In this document: in pieces, positions 1-8,062 of the stretch | How the letters are laid out: every line of letters starts with the position of its first letter | Position numbering within the stretch: position 1 is the stretch's first letter | Assembly (NCBI GenBank): GCA_045613565.1 | Contig: JAZLBF010000035.1 | Coordinates: 1,373-65,372 of the forward strand | DNA: 64,000 nt | Source of the DNA: Bacteroidaceae bacterium | GTDB lineage: Bacteria > Bacteroidota > Bacteroidia > Bacteroidales > Bacteroidaceae | Direction: 5' to 3' | Notes under the pieces: model-generated | What the model saw: the letters and a program-made list of their open reading frames with translations, nothing else | Databases searched by the model: none | Told to the model about the DNA's origin: nothing | Position numbers and translations under genes: made by a program

Positions 1-63
1 GATACTTGTGACAAGTACGGCATTGCTATGGCATTCACTGGTGTGCGTTTGTTCCATCATTAA
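1..63 (+). CDS. 3' end of an unidentified CDS (...DTCDKYGIAMAFTGVRLFHH*), truncated by the window edge
   Basis: Frame 1 is open from base 1 to TAA at 61-63. The fragment is too short to assign a family. Confidence 0.3.
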   Translation, partial: DTCDKYGIAMAFTGVRLFHH

Positions 64-147
64 TAAAACGTAAAACTGAAAGGGGAAAACGGGAAAATAG
101 GGTAGTACCTTCCCGATTCGCGTTTTCAACTTTCCTATTGTAAAGCT

Positions 148-363
148 ATGAACATGTTTGGTGGAGACGATATAGATGCTGTCATCATGGGTGGTGGTAT
201 CACCTTCAAGGGAGGTCCCAAGAAGGAGAAGAACCCTCGTGAACCTGAAAAGGTAAAGACCAAGGCCAAGAAAAAGCAGTACATCACTGGTGCTCATGGA
301 AGCGGTGCTGCTAAGAAGAAGGCTGATATTCGCCGACAGAGAGCTAATCGCCATAAGAAATGA
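148..363 (+). CDS. Small Gly/Lys-rich basic hypothetical protein (71 aa); could instead be a non-coding leader
   Basis: ATG-initiated ORF whose TGA overlaps the ATG of the downstream TonB receptor (ATGA at 360-363). Low-complexity polybasic C-terminus. No recognisable family. Confidence 0.35.
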   Translation: MNMFGGDDIDAVIMGGGITFKGGPKKEKNPREPEKVKTKAKKKQYITGAHGSGAAKKKADIRRQRANRHKK

Positions 364-2456
364 TTCAAAGGAGTATTATTATAGTACTCAGTATAATATT
401 CCCTCTCTTGACCTTTGCTCAGGAGAGGGACTCTGTTATACCCATTCATGTGCACTCTGCTAGCTCAAATACTGAGCAAATGCATGCATATGATTATGCT
501 GATACCGTTAGCCTTATCTCCGAGGTAAGTGTATATGGTCAGCGTCGTGATGAGATAGTTCCTAGTCAGCGTTTAAGTGGTAAAAGACTAGAATCTCTCT
601 CATCCTTATCCGTGGCCGATGCAATGCGCTATTTCAGTGGAGTTCAAATCAAAGACTATGGAGGTGTCGGAGGTCTTAAAACAATTGATGTTCGTAGTAT
701 GGGAACCAATCACATGGGTGTGTTCTACGATGGCATACAATTGGGTAATGCCCAAAACGGACTTGTTGATTTAGGTCGTTTCTCTCTTGATAACATAGAA
801 GAAATAGCTCTCTACAATGGTCAGAAGGCACAGATTTTTCAACCAGCGAGAGACTACGGAACATCTGGTTCAGTTTACATTCGTACTCGTAGACCCAGTT
901 TTGAAGAAGGCAAGAACTATAATCTGCGTACCACTCTCCGAGGAGGAAGTTTTGGTTTGATTAATCCTTCCATTGTATGGGAACAGCGTTGGAATAATCG
1001 TATCACAAGTAGTGTGAGTGCAGATTTTACTGATGCTTCAGGTAAATACAAATTCAGATACCGTCGTGTCCTTCCTTCTGGTGAGGTAGCATGGGATACT
1101 ATTGCTGTTCGTCAGAATGGAGATATACAGAGTTATCGTTTGGAAGCAACCATTTTTGGCAATACCACAGATGGCACGTGGAATGCCAAGGCATATTATT
1201 ATGATTCCGAACGTGGCATACCAGGTGCCATTGTTAATAATGTGTGGAAGCATGCCCAACGTCAATGGGACAAAAACTTCTTTTTACAAGGAAATTGGTC
1301 GAAATTTGTTTCGGACAAGTACAAATTCCAAGTGAGCGGTAAATTTGCTCTTGATCGTATGCGATATCTTAATCCAGACCCAGCATTGATGTATCAAGAC
1401 AATAGGTTCAATCAGAAAGAACTCTATCTCAGCACAGCTCATTACTATGAAATATTGTCTAATTGGCAAGTTAATGTTTCTGCTGATTATCAGTACAACA
1501 CTCTTTCTGCATCGCTTGCTAATTTCCCATATCCTCAACGCCACACCTTGCTCACGGCACTTGCTACACAATATGAGTATAGTAGGTTCCGAGTAATGGC
1601 ATCTTTGTTGGGTACCAATGTATGGGATTGTACAACGATGGGAATAACTGATGATAAAGTACACAAAACAACTAGTCGTTGGACCCCCGCCGTCTATTTT
1701 TCATACAAACCTCTTTATGATAGCGATGACCTCTCTCTGAGGGCATTTTACAAGTCTATCTTCCGACTTCCTACTTTTAATGATATGTATTATACAGAGG
1801 TGGGAAATTCTAATCTTAAACCAGAGAATACACATCAGTGGGACCTAGGTTTTATCTATGCTCATGATTGGTATAGTGGTTTATTCCGACATATAGAACT
1901 AAAGGCAGATGGCTATTTTAATATAGTTGACAATAAGATTGTGGCCATCCCCAAAGGTTCTGGACAATACAGATGGAAGATGATGAACGTGGGTAAGGTT
2001 CACATCGTAGGTTTTGAAGCAACGGCAGAGACGGCTCTGCGCCTTCATCGTGATTGGCATCTGCTGATGTGCCTTAATTATACATATCAGTCGGCAACCG
2101 ATCGTACAGACCCTTCAGACAATGATTCCTATTATGGTACCTATGGCAAGCAGATAGCCTATGTGCCATGGCATAGTGGTAGTGTAGCCGGTAATCTTAG
2201 TTGGAAGGATATTGGTCTCAATTACTCCTTCGTCTATGTAGGCGAACGCTACCATACCAGTGTGAATACACGTGAGAATTATGAGCAACCATGGTACACT
2301 CACGACCTTTCTGCAACTTATCGTATGCGATTCAAGAAGTGTAAACTTACTCTTGCTTTAGAATGCAACAATATCTTCAATCTACAATACGATGTTATCC
2401 AAAATTATCCCATGCCAGGACGTAATTGGAAGGGTACTCTGAAGGTAGAATTCTAA
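360..2456 (+). CDS. TonB-dependent outer-membrane receptor (698 aa)
   Basis: Signal peptide MIQRSIIIVLSIIFPLLTFAQE. Plug-domain motifs (DVRSMGTNHMGVFYDGIQLGNAQNGLVDLGRFSLDNIEEIALYNG). Long beta-barrel region ending in a terminal aromatic residue (…LKVEF). Confidence 0.9.
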   Translation: MIQRSIIIVLSIIFPLLTFAQERDSVIPIHVHSASSNTEQMHAYDYADTVSLISEVSVYGQRRDEIVPSQRLSGKRLESLSSLSVADAMRYFSGVQIKDYGGVGGLKTIDVRSMGTNHMGVFYDGIQLGNAQNGLVDLGRFSLDNIEEIALYNGQKAQIFQPARDYGTSGSVYIRTRRPSFEEGKNYNLRTTLRGGSFGLINPSIVWEQRWNNRITSSVSADFTDASGKYKFRYRRVLPSGEVAWDTIAVRQNGDIQSYRLEATIFGNTTDGTWNAKAYYYDSERGIPGAIVNNVWKHAQRQWDKNFFLQGNWSKFVSDKYKFQVSGKFALDRMRYLNPDPALMYQDNRFNQKELYLSTAHYYEILSNWQVNVSADYQYNTLSASLANFPYPQRHTLLTALATQYEYSRFRVMASLLGTNVWDCTTMGITDDKVHKTTSRWTPAVYFSYKPLYDSDDLSLRAFYKSIFRLPTFNDMYYTEVGNSNLKPENTHQWDLGFIYAHDWYSGLFRHIELKADGYFNIVDNKIVAIPKGSGQYRWKMMNVGKVHIVGFEATAETALRLHRDWHLLMCLNYTYQSATDRTDPSDNDSYYGTYGKQIAYVPWHSGSVAGNLSWKDIGLNYSFVYVGERYHTSVNTRENYEQPWYTHDLSATYRMRFKKCKLTLALECNNIFNLQYDVIQNYPMPGRNWKGTLKVEF

Positions 2457-2466
2457 ATAGACTTTC

Positions 2467-3645
2467 ATGATGATGTATCAGATAAAAACATACATTCTAA
2501 TCATTTTGGCATGTGCCTCTGTGCTATGTCTTGGCTCTTGTCGTCAAGACATTGTAATATGGCCTTCAGAGCAAGACTGGGTAGGAGAGGTTATAGAAGA
2601 TAGCCCGATTCAAGGATTTTATCTTCTGAACGAAGGCACTTATCCGAGCAATAAGAGTACGCTTGACTTCTATGACTATACAACTGCTACCTATACCCAC
2701 AATATTTACTCTGCTACCAATCCATCAGTTGTGATGGGTTTAGGTGATATAGGTAATTCCTTGAAGATTTATGGTTCTAGGCTATGGGCCATGGTTAATG
2801 GTAGCAACAAGGTAGAGGTGATGGAGTCTTCCTCCGCACGTCGTATAGGTCAGGTAGATATTGACAACCCTCGTCATATGTGCTTTCATCAGGGATATGC
2901 CTATGTTACCAGTTTTGCAGGTCCTATCGTTGACGACCTTTTACATAGCCAGTTGGGCCTAGTTGTAAAGATTGATACCGCTACCCTGGAGAAGGTAGAT
3001 ACTTGTATAGTGGGTTATCAACCAGAGGGACTTGATATCGTAGGCGATAAAATATATGTTGCCAATAGTGGTGGTTATTTGTATCCCAATTACGATAATA
3101 CCATTTCCGTCATCTCTTTGGAGACTTTTTGCGAAGAAAAACGCATTTCCGTTGCTCCGAATCTCAAATTAATCATTGGGGATGCTTCAGGAAAACTTTG
3201 GGTATCCTCTTTGGGTAATTATTATGACCAGTCAAGTGCTCTCTTCTGCATCTCAAATCTAGATGAGAATCCCATTGTGAAGCCTGTACTTCTGTCTCAA
3301 GAGCAAGGACTTCCTGTGTATGATATGGTACTTGTGGGTGATTCTTTGTATGTCTTGAGCAATGATTTCTCTTATGTCACTGAGCCACGCGCCCATACTT
3401 ATGCTATTGTTGACACACGTACTGCTTCGGTTGTTAATTCCAACTTAATCATTGATGGTACAGACCAAGACATTATCTCACCTTACGCCATTGCTGTCCA
3501 TCCTATTTCGCGTGATATCCTTATTGCTGATGCTCGCAATTATCTAGGTCCAGGCACATTGTTTTATTATTCCTCCGAGGGAATTCTCAAGTGGAAGGTT
3601 CGTACAGGCGATATCCCTGGCCATTTTGCGTTCCTCTATCGGTAA
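2467..3645 (+). CDS. Surface lipoprotein, probable beta-propeller (YncE-like / DUF5074-like), partner of the adjacent TonB receptor
   Basis: Lipobox LCLGSC. Repeated GD..YV.N.G / L.V.S-type blade-like segments. Starts 11 nt after the receptor stop. The family assignment is from memory of similar Bacteroidota loci. Confidence 0.6.
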   Translation: MMMYQIKTYILIILACASVLCLGSCRQDIVIWPSEQDWVGEVIEDSPIQGFYLLNEGTYPSNKSTLDFYDYTTATYTHNIYSATNPSVVMGLGDIGNSLKIYGSRLWAMVNGSNKVEVMESSSARRIGQVDIDNPRHMCFHQGYAYVTSFAGPIVDDLLHSQLGLVVKIDTATLEKVDTCIVGYQPEGLDIVGDKIYVANSGGYLYPNYDNTISVISLETFCEEKRISVAPNLKLIIGDASGKLWVSSLGNYYDQSSALFCISNLDENPIVKPVLLSQEQGLPVYDMVLVGDSLYVLSNDFSYVTEPRAHTYAIVDTRTASVVNSNLIIDGTDQDIISPYAIAVHPISRDILIADARNYLGPGTLFYYSSEGILKWKVRTGDIPGHFAFLYR

Positions 3646-3653
3646 CAGTAGGA

Positions 3654-5144
3654 TTATTTGGTCATTATTTGCACTTTATTTCCTGTGTCGTGAGGTATGA
3701 TGGAGATGATAGTTTTACCTTGCTCAGAAAAACGTATCTCCAAGGAAGCACTTGTGAGCCAGTCTACCCAATGAAGTTCGATGTTTAGGGTATGGATATC
3801 TGTCCAGCCATACGAACCTGCTACATGCCAGGAGGTGGGTAAGTTACTGAAATTTCCCTGGAATGGAGGATTGTAGTAGGGTAGAGCACTAATCTCAGAT
3901 TCTATCCATTTGCCATGACCTAGGGTGATGGTGTATGCCTTCTCTTGTGTATCAGTGATGTTAAGAAGCAATGTGTCACCGCTTTCACGGATGCTTAGAG
4001 AGTTCCAATTTAGCGGGTTCTTGTCAAGTGAAAGCCATTCACCATTCGGATGTGAGTGATGTGTCTTCTCTCCCTTGGCAAGGGGTAGGGTATAATCGTC
4101 ATACGAGATTGTTAAATCATTTTGTGGCAGAGCCTCAGATTGACATTTATCCACTAGCATACTCTTAATCCACTCTTGTATAGGAGCGCGCTTACCAGTA
4201 CATTGTGTCATGCTCACTACCATGTCAGCCTCGGGGATAATGAAGATGTATTGTCCGTAGGCTCCGTTTGCCTCGGCCCAACCTGGATACAGGGTTTGCC
4301 ATATATGGTAACTGTATCGTCCGTTGGAGGTTTGTGGCTTCATCATTTCCTTCACCCACCACAAGGGAACTATTTGTTCTCCCATCCATGTTCCTTGGTT
4401 GAGAAGCAACTGTCCTTGCATACTCATGGCTTCAGGACGGAGGTATAGTCCCCATCCGCCACAGTTGATGCCTTCGGGGCTTTCCTCCCAAAGGGCATCA
4501 GTGATACCAAGGGGATGGAAAAGTCTTTCTTGAAGAAATACCATTAGTGTTTGTCCTGTGACTTTCTGTACTATGGCAGAAAGCAGGTACGACATGATGC
4601 TATCGTATGCCCATCGTGTGCCTGGAGCAGAGGTGGGTTTCTTAGAAAGGTATGCACGGAGCCATTGAGTTTCGTGTATCCTCATTTTGGTATCTACTGG
4701 TATGCCACTTTGCATGGTGAGCAGGTCGCGCACGGTGATGAGACGTATGCTTTTGGATGCATGTGGAGGTATATCCAGGAATTTGCCAATGGTGTCATTG
4801 AGGGCCAAGAGTCCATCTTCTATACACATACCCACGGCCACCGAGGTGAAGGTCTTGGAGATAGAGTAGGTGGTGTGTCTGTAATCCTTGCGCCAGGGCT
4901 TGGGATATAGCTCGGATATAACCATGCCGTGTCGCATCACTATGCACGAATGTATTTCGGTGCGTTGGTCTTGCATCAACGTGTCGAAGAATTCCTGGAT
5001 GTGTATGCTACTCAATCCCTCAGCTTCGGGATTAGAGCGTGGTAGAAGGTCCTGCGCCCTAATTGAGCCGTGAAAACAGAAAACCGCACCACAGATTAGT
5101 AGTGCGATTCTGATAAGTATTATATTGCGATATGATTTGCTCAC
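3654..5144 (-). CDS. Serine hydrolase, beta-lactamase (class C-like)/PBP family
   Basis: S-x-x-K motif YSISKTF. The ORF track starts at the ATG at 5240, but that 32-aa extension runs through a GGAAAACGG-type intergenic repeat and overlaps the upstream gene. A GTG at 5142-5144 gives a clean signal peptide (M)SKSYRNIILIRIALLICGAVFCFHG. Confidence 0.8.
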   Translation of the reverse strand: MSKSYRNIILIRIALLICGAVFCFHGSIRAQDLLPRSNPEAEGLSSIHIQEFFDTLMQDQRTEIHSCIVMRHGMVISELYPKPWRKDYRHTTYSISKTFTSVAVGMCIEDGLLALNDTIGKFLDIPPHASKSIRLITVRDLLTMQSGIPVDTKMRIHETQWLRAYLSKKPTSAPGTRWAYDSIMSYLLSAIVQKVTGQTLMVFLQERLFHPLGITDALWEESPEGINCGGWGLYLRPEAMSMQGQLLLNQGTWMGEQIVPLWWVKEMMKPQTSNGRYSYHIWQTLYPGWAEANGAYGQYIFIIPEADMVVSMTQCTGKRAPIQEWIKSMLVDKCQSEALPQNDLTISYDDYTLPLAKGEKTHHSHPNGEWLSLDKNPLNWNSLSIRESGDTLLLNITDTQEKAYTITLGHGKWIESEISALPYYNPPFQGNFSNLPTSWHVAGSYGWTDIHTLNIELHWVDWLTSASLEIRFSEQGKTIISIIPHDTGNKVQIMTK

Positions 5145-5199
5145 AGCTCTCAGTTTATAGAGTTTCAGGTATGCCCTTTCCGTTTTTACCTTCCCGTTT

Positions 5200-6525
5200 T
5201 CACTTAACTTCCACAGGCTCTGATTCGTTGCCAAAGTCATCTAGGGTAGTAACCACCATGTGCTTGCCAAAGAGGCGTGCCATCAGGCTATTGTACTCTA
5301 CCTTGCCCCAATATACCCTTACAATATTTTCGGGGTTGGTAATGTCCACGGGATAGGTGTCCGAGGCATAGAGGACATATCGTGGAGTACGTGCTACGGT
5401 AGCAGGGTACTCTCTGTCGTTCTTCAATGGAGGCATCAAGGCTGGTGCGGTGTAGTAATAGTTGCTCACCCATTTTTCCAATCCCTTCACGTTGTCTAGG
5501 AGGAATTGAGTGCGGAAGTAAGCAGCTCCGCCCATACCCATTTGACGAATGAATTGCAATTCGCGGGTCACTTCGGTTAGGTCCCAGTCTTTCTCCTTGG
5601 GGTCAAGGAAATATATTCCCAAACCAGGAGCGATGACTTTGCCATGGCTTTGCTCTTGCCAATCAGCAGCAAAGGGGAAGAAATGGTCCCCCTTGAAGTA
5701 CATCATGGGCGATAGCATATCCATAATGCCTTCCTTCAACCAAAGTACTGCATCCTGATACACAGCGTTGTAGGCATTCCATCCCTTGGCAGAGTATCTG
5801 GCTACATCTCTGTACTTGCCCACAGGGCTACAAGACACTCTTATCCAGGGCTTCTCTTCCTTGATGGCATTATACAGTTGGCGAACTATGCGAGTGATAT
5901 TGTCACGTCGCCAGTCCTCTTTGTTTTTCGCCGTCTTCTCTGGATAACGGATATAGTCAAAGTGAATACCATCGACTTCATATTTGCTTGCTATCTCGCG
6001 GCAGATGCGTTCCAAATAGTTGCCTGTGCCAGGCAACGAAGGGTCCATATAGTACGAACCGTTCTTCTTGTACAACAATTGTGGATTGGTATATATCAGC
6101 GATTTCTTTCCCAAGGCCTTGGCATCGGGAATCTTGAATGCAGGTATTGTTACCACCCATGCATGGCACTCCATACCACGTTTGTGACATTCGTCTATGG
6201 CAAATTGCAAGGGGTCATATCCAGGGTGCTTATCATACTGGCCCGTTAGCACACCATCCCATGGCTCAATTTCAGAAGGGTATATCACGCCACCCCTGAT
6301 ACGTGTCTGAAGGTATACGGCATTAATACCATCCTGTTGCAATCTGTCTAGTATATTGCACAACTCCTGTTGCTGAGCTCTTCTGCCCTCATCAGTATTT
6401 GCTCTGGTCTTAGGCCAATCCAGACCACCAATGGTCGTTAGCCACACGGCACGCACTTCATATTTGGGGGTGGCGCATGCCAACCAGCACCATAATGCTA
6501 AAAAAAATGTTAAAATACCTTTCAT
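5200..6525 (-). CDS. Glycosyl-hydrolase-like family 10 (GHL10/YngK-like) lipoprotein
   Basis: Lipoprotein signal MKGILTFFLALWCWLAC. N-terminal EVRAVWLTTIGGLDWPK and DGIHFDYIRYP motifs typical of the GHL10 TIM-barrel family. Confidence 0.75.
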   Translation of the reverse strand: MKGILTFFLALWCWLACATPKYEVRAVWLTTIGGLDWPKTRANTDEGRRAQQQELCNILDRLQQDGINAVYLQTRIRGGVIYPSEIEPWDGVLTGQYDKHPGYDPLQFAIDECHKRGMECHAWVVTIPAFKIPDAKALGKKSLIYTNPQLLYKKNGSYYMDPSLPGTGNYLERICREIASKYEVDGIHFDYIRYPEKTAKNKEDWRRDNITRIVRQLYNAIKEEKPWIRVSCSPVGKYRDVARYSAKGWNAYNAVYQDAVLWLKEGIMDMLSPMMYFKGDHFFPFAADWQEQSHGKVIAPGLGIYFLDPKEKDWDLTEVTRELQFIRQMGMGGAAYFRTQFLLDNVKGLEKWVSNYYYTAPALMPPLKNDREYPATVARTPRYVLYASDTYPVDITNPENIVRVYWGKVEYNSLMARLFGKHMVVTTLDDFGNESEPVEVK

Positions 6526-6640
6526 GTGGGCAAAGGTAAGAAAAAAAGTTGTACTTTTGCTTGTGAAAACTTGAATAAGTGATATTTAATGATCAAAAAC
6601 AAATAGAAACAATAAACAAAACCTCAACGATTCATTTCTT

Positions 6641-7117
6641 ATGAAGAAGATTTTTATGATTCTGCTCATGGCAGCTATTACCATTGGTGCTAAGGCACAG
6701 TTTGAGAAGGGTACACATTATCTTAATGCTTCGCTCACAGGTCTTGGCATAGGTTTCACTAAGGGCCACTTTACTCTAGGAGTATCTGGTGAATATGGTC
6801 ATTTCGTTAGCGATGGTTTGATGATTGGTGGTAGCGTGGGTTATACTCATCAAGGTGGTGCCAATAGTTTCCATATCAAGCCCAGCGTGCGTTACTCTTT
6901 CGCTGAGAATGGCTTGAATCTTGGTTGTGGTGTTCAGTTCGAGCACGCAGGAACAGCAGCTAATTTCATTCAACTTAGTCCTCAGGTAGGTTATACCTTC
7001 TATCTAAGCAATAAGGTAAGCATCGAGCCTGCTCTTTATGCCGACTTTGCTCTAAATGATTTCAAAAACGGTACCAACGCAGGCCTAAAGATTGGTATTG
7101 GTTTGTATAGAAAGTAA
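6641..7117 (+). CDS. Small outer-membrane beta-barrel protein (porin/OmpA-N-like family)
   Basis: Signal peptide ending AKAQ. Alternating hydrophobic/Gly-rich beta-strand pattern. 158 aa. Confidence 0.65.
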   Translation: MKKIFMILLMAAITIGAKAQFEKGTHYLNASLTGLGIGFTKGHFTLGVSGEYGHFVSDGLMIGGSVGYTHQGGANSFHIKPSVRYSFAENGLNLGCGVQFEHAGTAANFIQLSPQVGYTFYLSNKVSIEPALYADFALNDFKNGTNAGLKIGIGLYRK

Positions 7118-7154
7118 TTTAGTTTAACGAGTACAACGATATCAAATATAACAG

Positions 7155-7183
7155 CGCCAGCCTAGTTCTAAACTAAGCTGGCG
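7155..7183 (+). terminator. Stem-loop terminator CGCCAGCCTAG-ttctaaa-CTAAGCTGGCG followed by TTTGTT
   Basis: Hairpin read directly (7155-7165 pairs with 7173-7183, one mismatch). Almost the same stem recurs at 63356-63388. Confidence 0.6.
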
Positions 7184-7220
7184 TTTGTTATTACCTTAAT
7201 TTATAGAATTTGTGGATTAT

Positions 7221-7538
7221 CATTTCCGACTTAGTACGAAATGGAATTGTAAAACTGCGAAAGCATTTCCGACTTAGTACGAAATGGAATTGTAAAACTG
7301 CGAAAGCATTTCCGACTTAGTACGAAATGGAATTGCAAAACCGCGAAAGCATTTCCGACTTAGTACGAAATGGAATTGTAAAACTGCGAAAGCATTTCCG
7401 ACTTAGTACGAAATGGAATTGCAAAACTGCGAAAGCACTTCGGACTTAGTACGAAATGGATTTGTAAAACTGCGAAAGCATTTCCGACTTAGTACGAAAT
7501 GGAATTGCAAAACCGCGAAAGCACTTCAGACTTAGTAC
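7221..7538. repeat. Tandem array, 43-bp period, about 7.4 copies (unit CATTTCCGACTTAGTACGAAATGGAATTGTAAAACTGCGAAAG)
   Basis: Unit starts are at 7221, 7264, 7307, 7350, 7393, 7436, 7479 and 7522 (partial). Each unit contains the hairpin CATTTC-n11-GAAATG. There is no unique spacer sequence. Confidence 0.95.
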
Positions 7539-7569
7539 TTTTCTAGTTCCATTCCCTTTTCCGCTTTTC

Positions 7570-8025
7570 TCACTCCATCGGTATTTCTGGATGTTGTACA
7601 GTTAGGGGTTTGTCTTTTTGTGAGAGGTAGAACATGTAGAGGACAACGGGTTCGGTGCCACAGTTTTGGCCATGGTGTATTTCGTCTACCATTTCCACCA
7701 CAACTTCTCCTGCGTGCAATACTTTCTTCTTGCCGTCAATACCAATGATGGTAAGCTCTCCCTGTACTAGCACACCATGGTTCATGGCTACATGATGATG
7801 CCATCCTAATTTCTTGCCTGCAGGGATGACGTATTTCATTGCTATCATTTCGGGTTTTCCTTGAGGATAGTCGGGAAGTTCTGTTCCGTTCCAACTTTGG
7901 CTAGTACGCAACAATTCTGTGCTAACAACCTCAGTGGCTTGATTCTCTGCGTTCTTGGTTTCGCATGACATCATTGTCATGAAAAGGAAGGCACTTGCAA
8001 GTGCAAATCTCATATATTTCTTCAT
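7570..8025 (-). CDS. Secreted cupin-domain protein
   Basis: Cupin motif LGWHHHVAMNHGVLVQGEL…HAGEVV…HHG. The likely true start is the ATG at 8023-8025 (MKKYMRFALASAFLF signal peptide), not the upstream ATG at 8118. Confidence 0.75.
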   Translation of the reverse strand: MKKYMRFALASAFLFMTMMSCETKNAENQATEVVSTELLRTSQSWNGTELPDYPQGKPEMIAMKYVIPAGKKLGWHHHVAMNHGVLVQGELTIIGIDGKKKVLHAGEVVVEMVDEIHHGQNCGTEPVVLYMFYLSQKDKPLTVQHPEIPME

Positions 8026-8062
8026 CGTGTAAAAAGAGTTTGTTTTAGCTACAATATGGTAG

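Noticed and set aside
5145-5240. N-terminal 32-aa extension of the serine hydrolase that overlaps the upstream GHL10 gene by 41 nt
   Set aside because: The extension is encoded by GGAAAACGG-type intergenic repeat sequence. An in-frame GTG at 5144 yields a canonical signal peptide, so the long form is probably an ORF-calling artefact.
7221-7538. Possible CRISPR array (regular ~43-bp periodicity)
   Set aside because: The whole 43-bp unit repeats head-to-tail with no unique spacers. No cas genes are present in the window. The same applies to 26258-26735.
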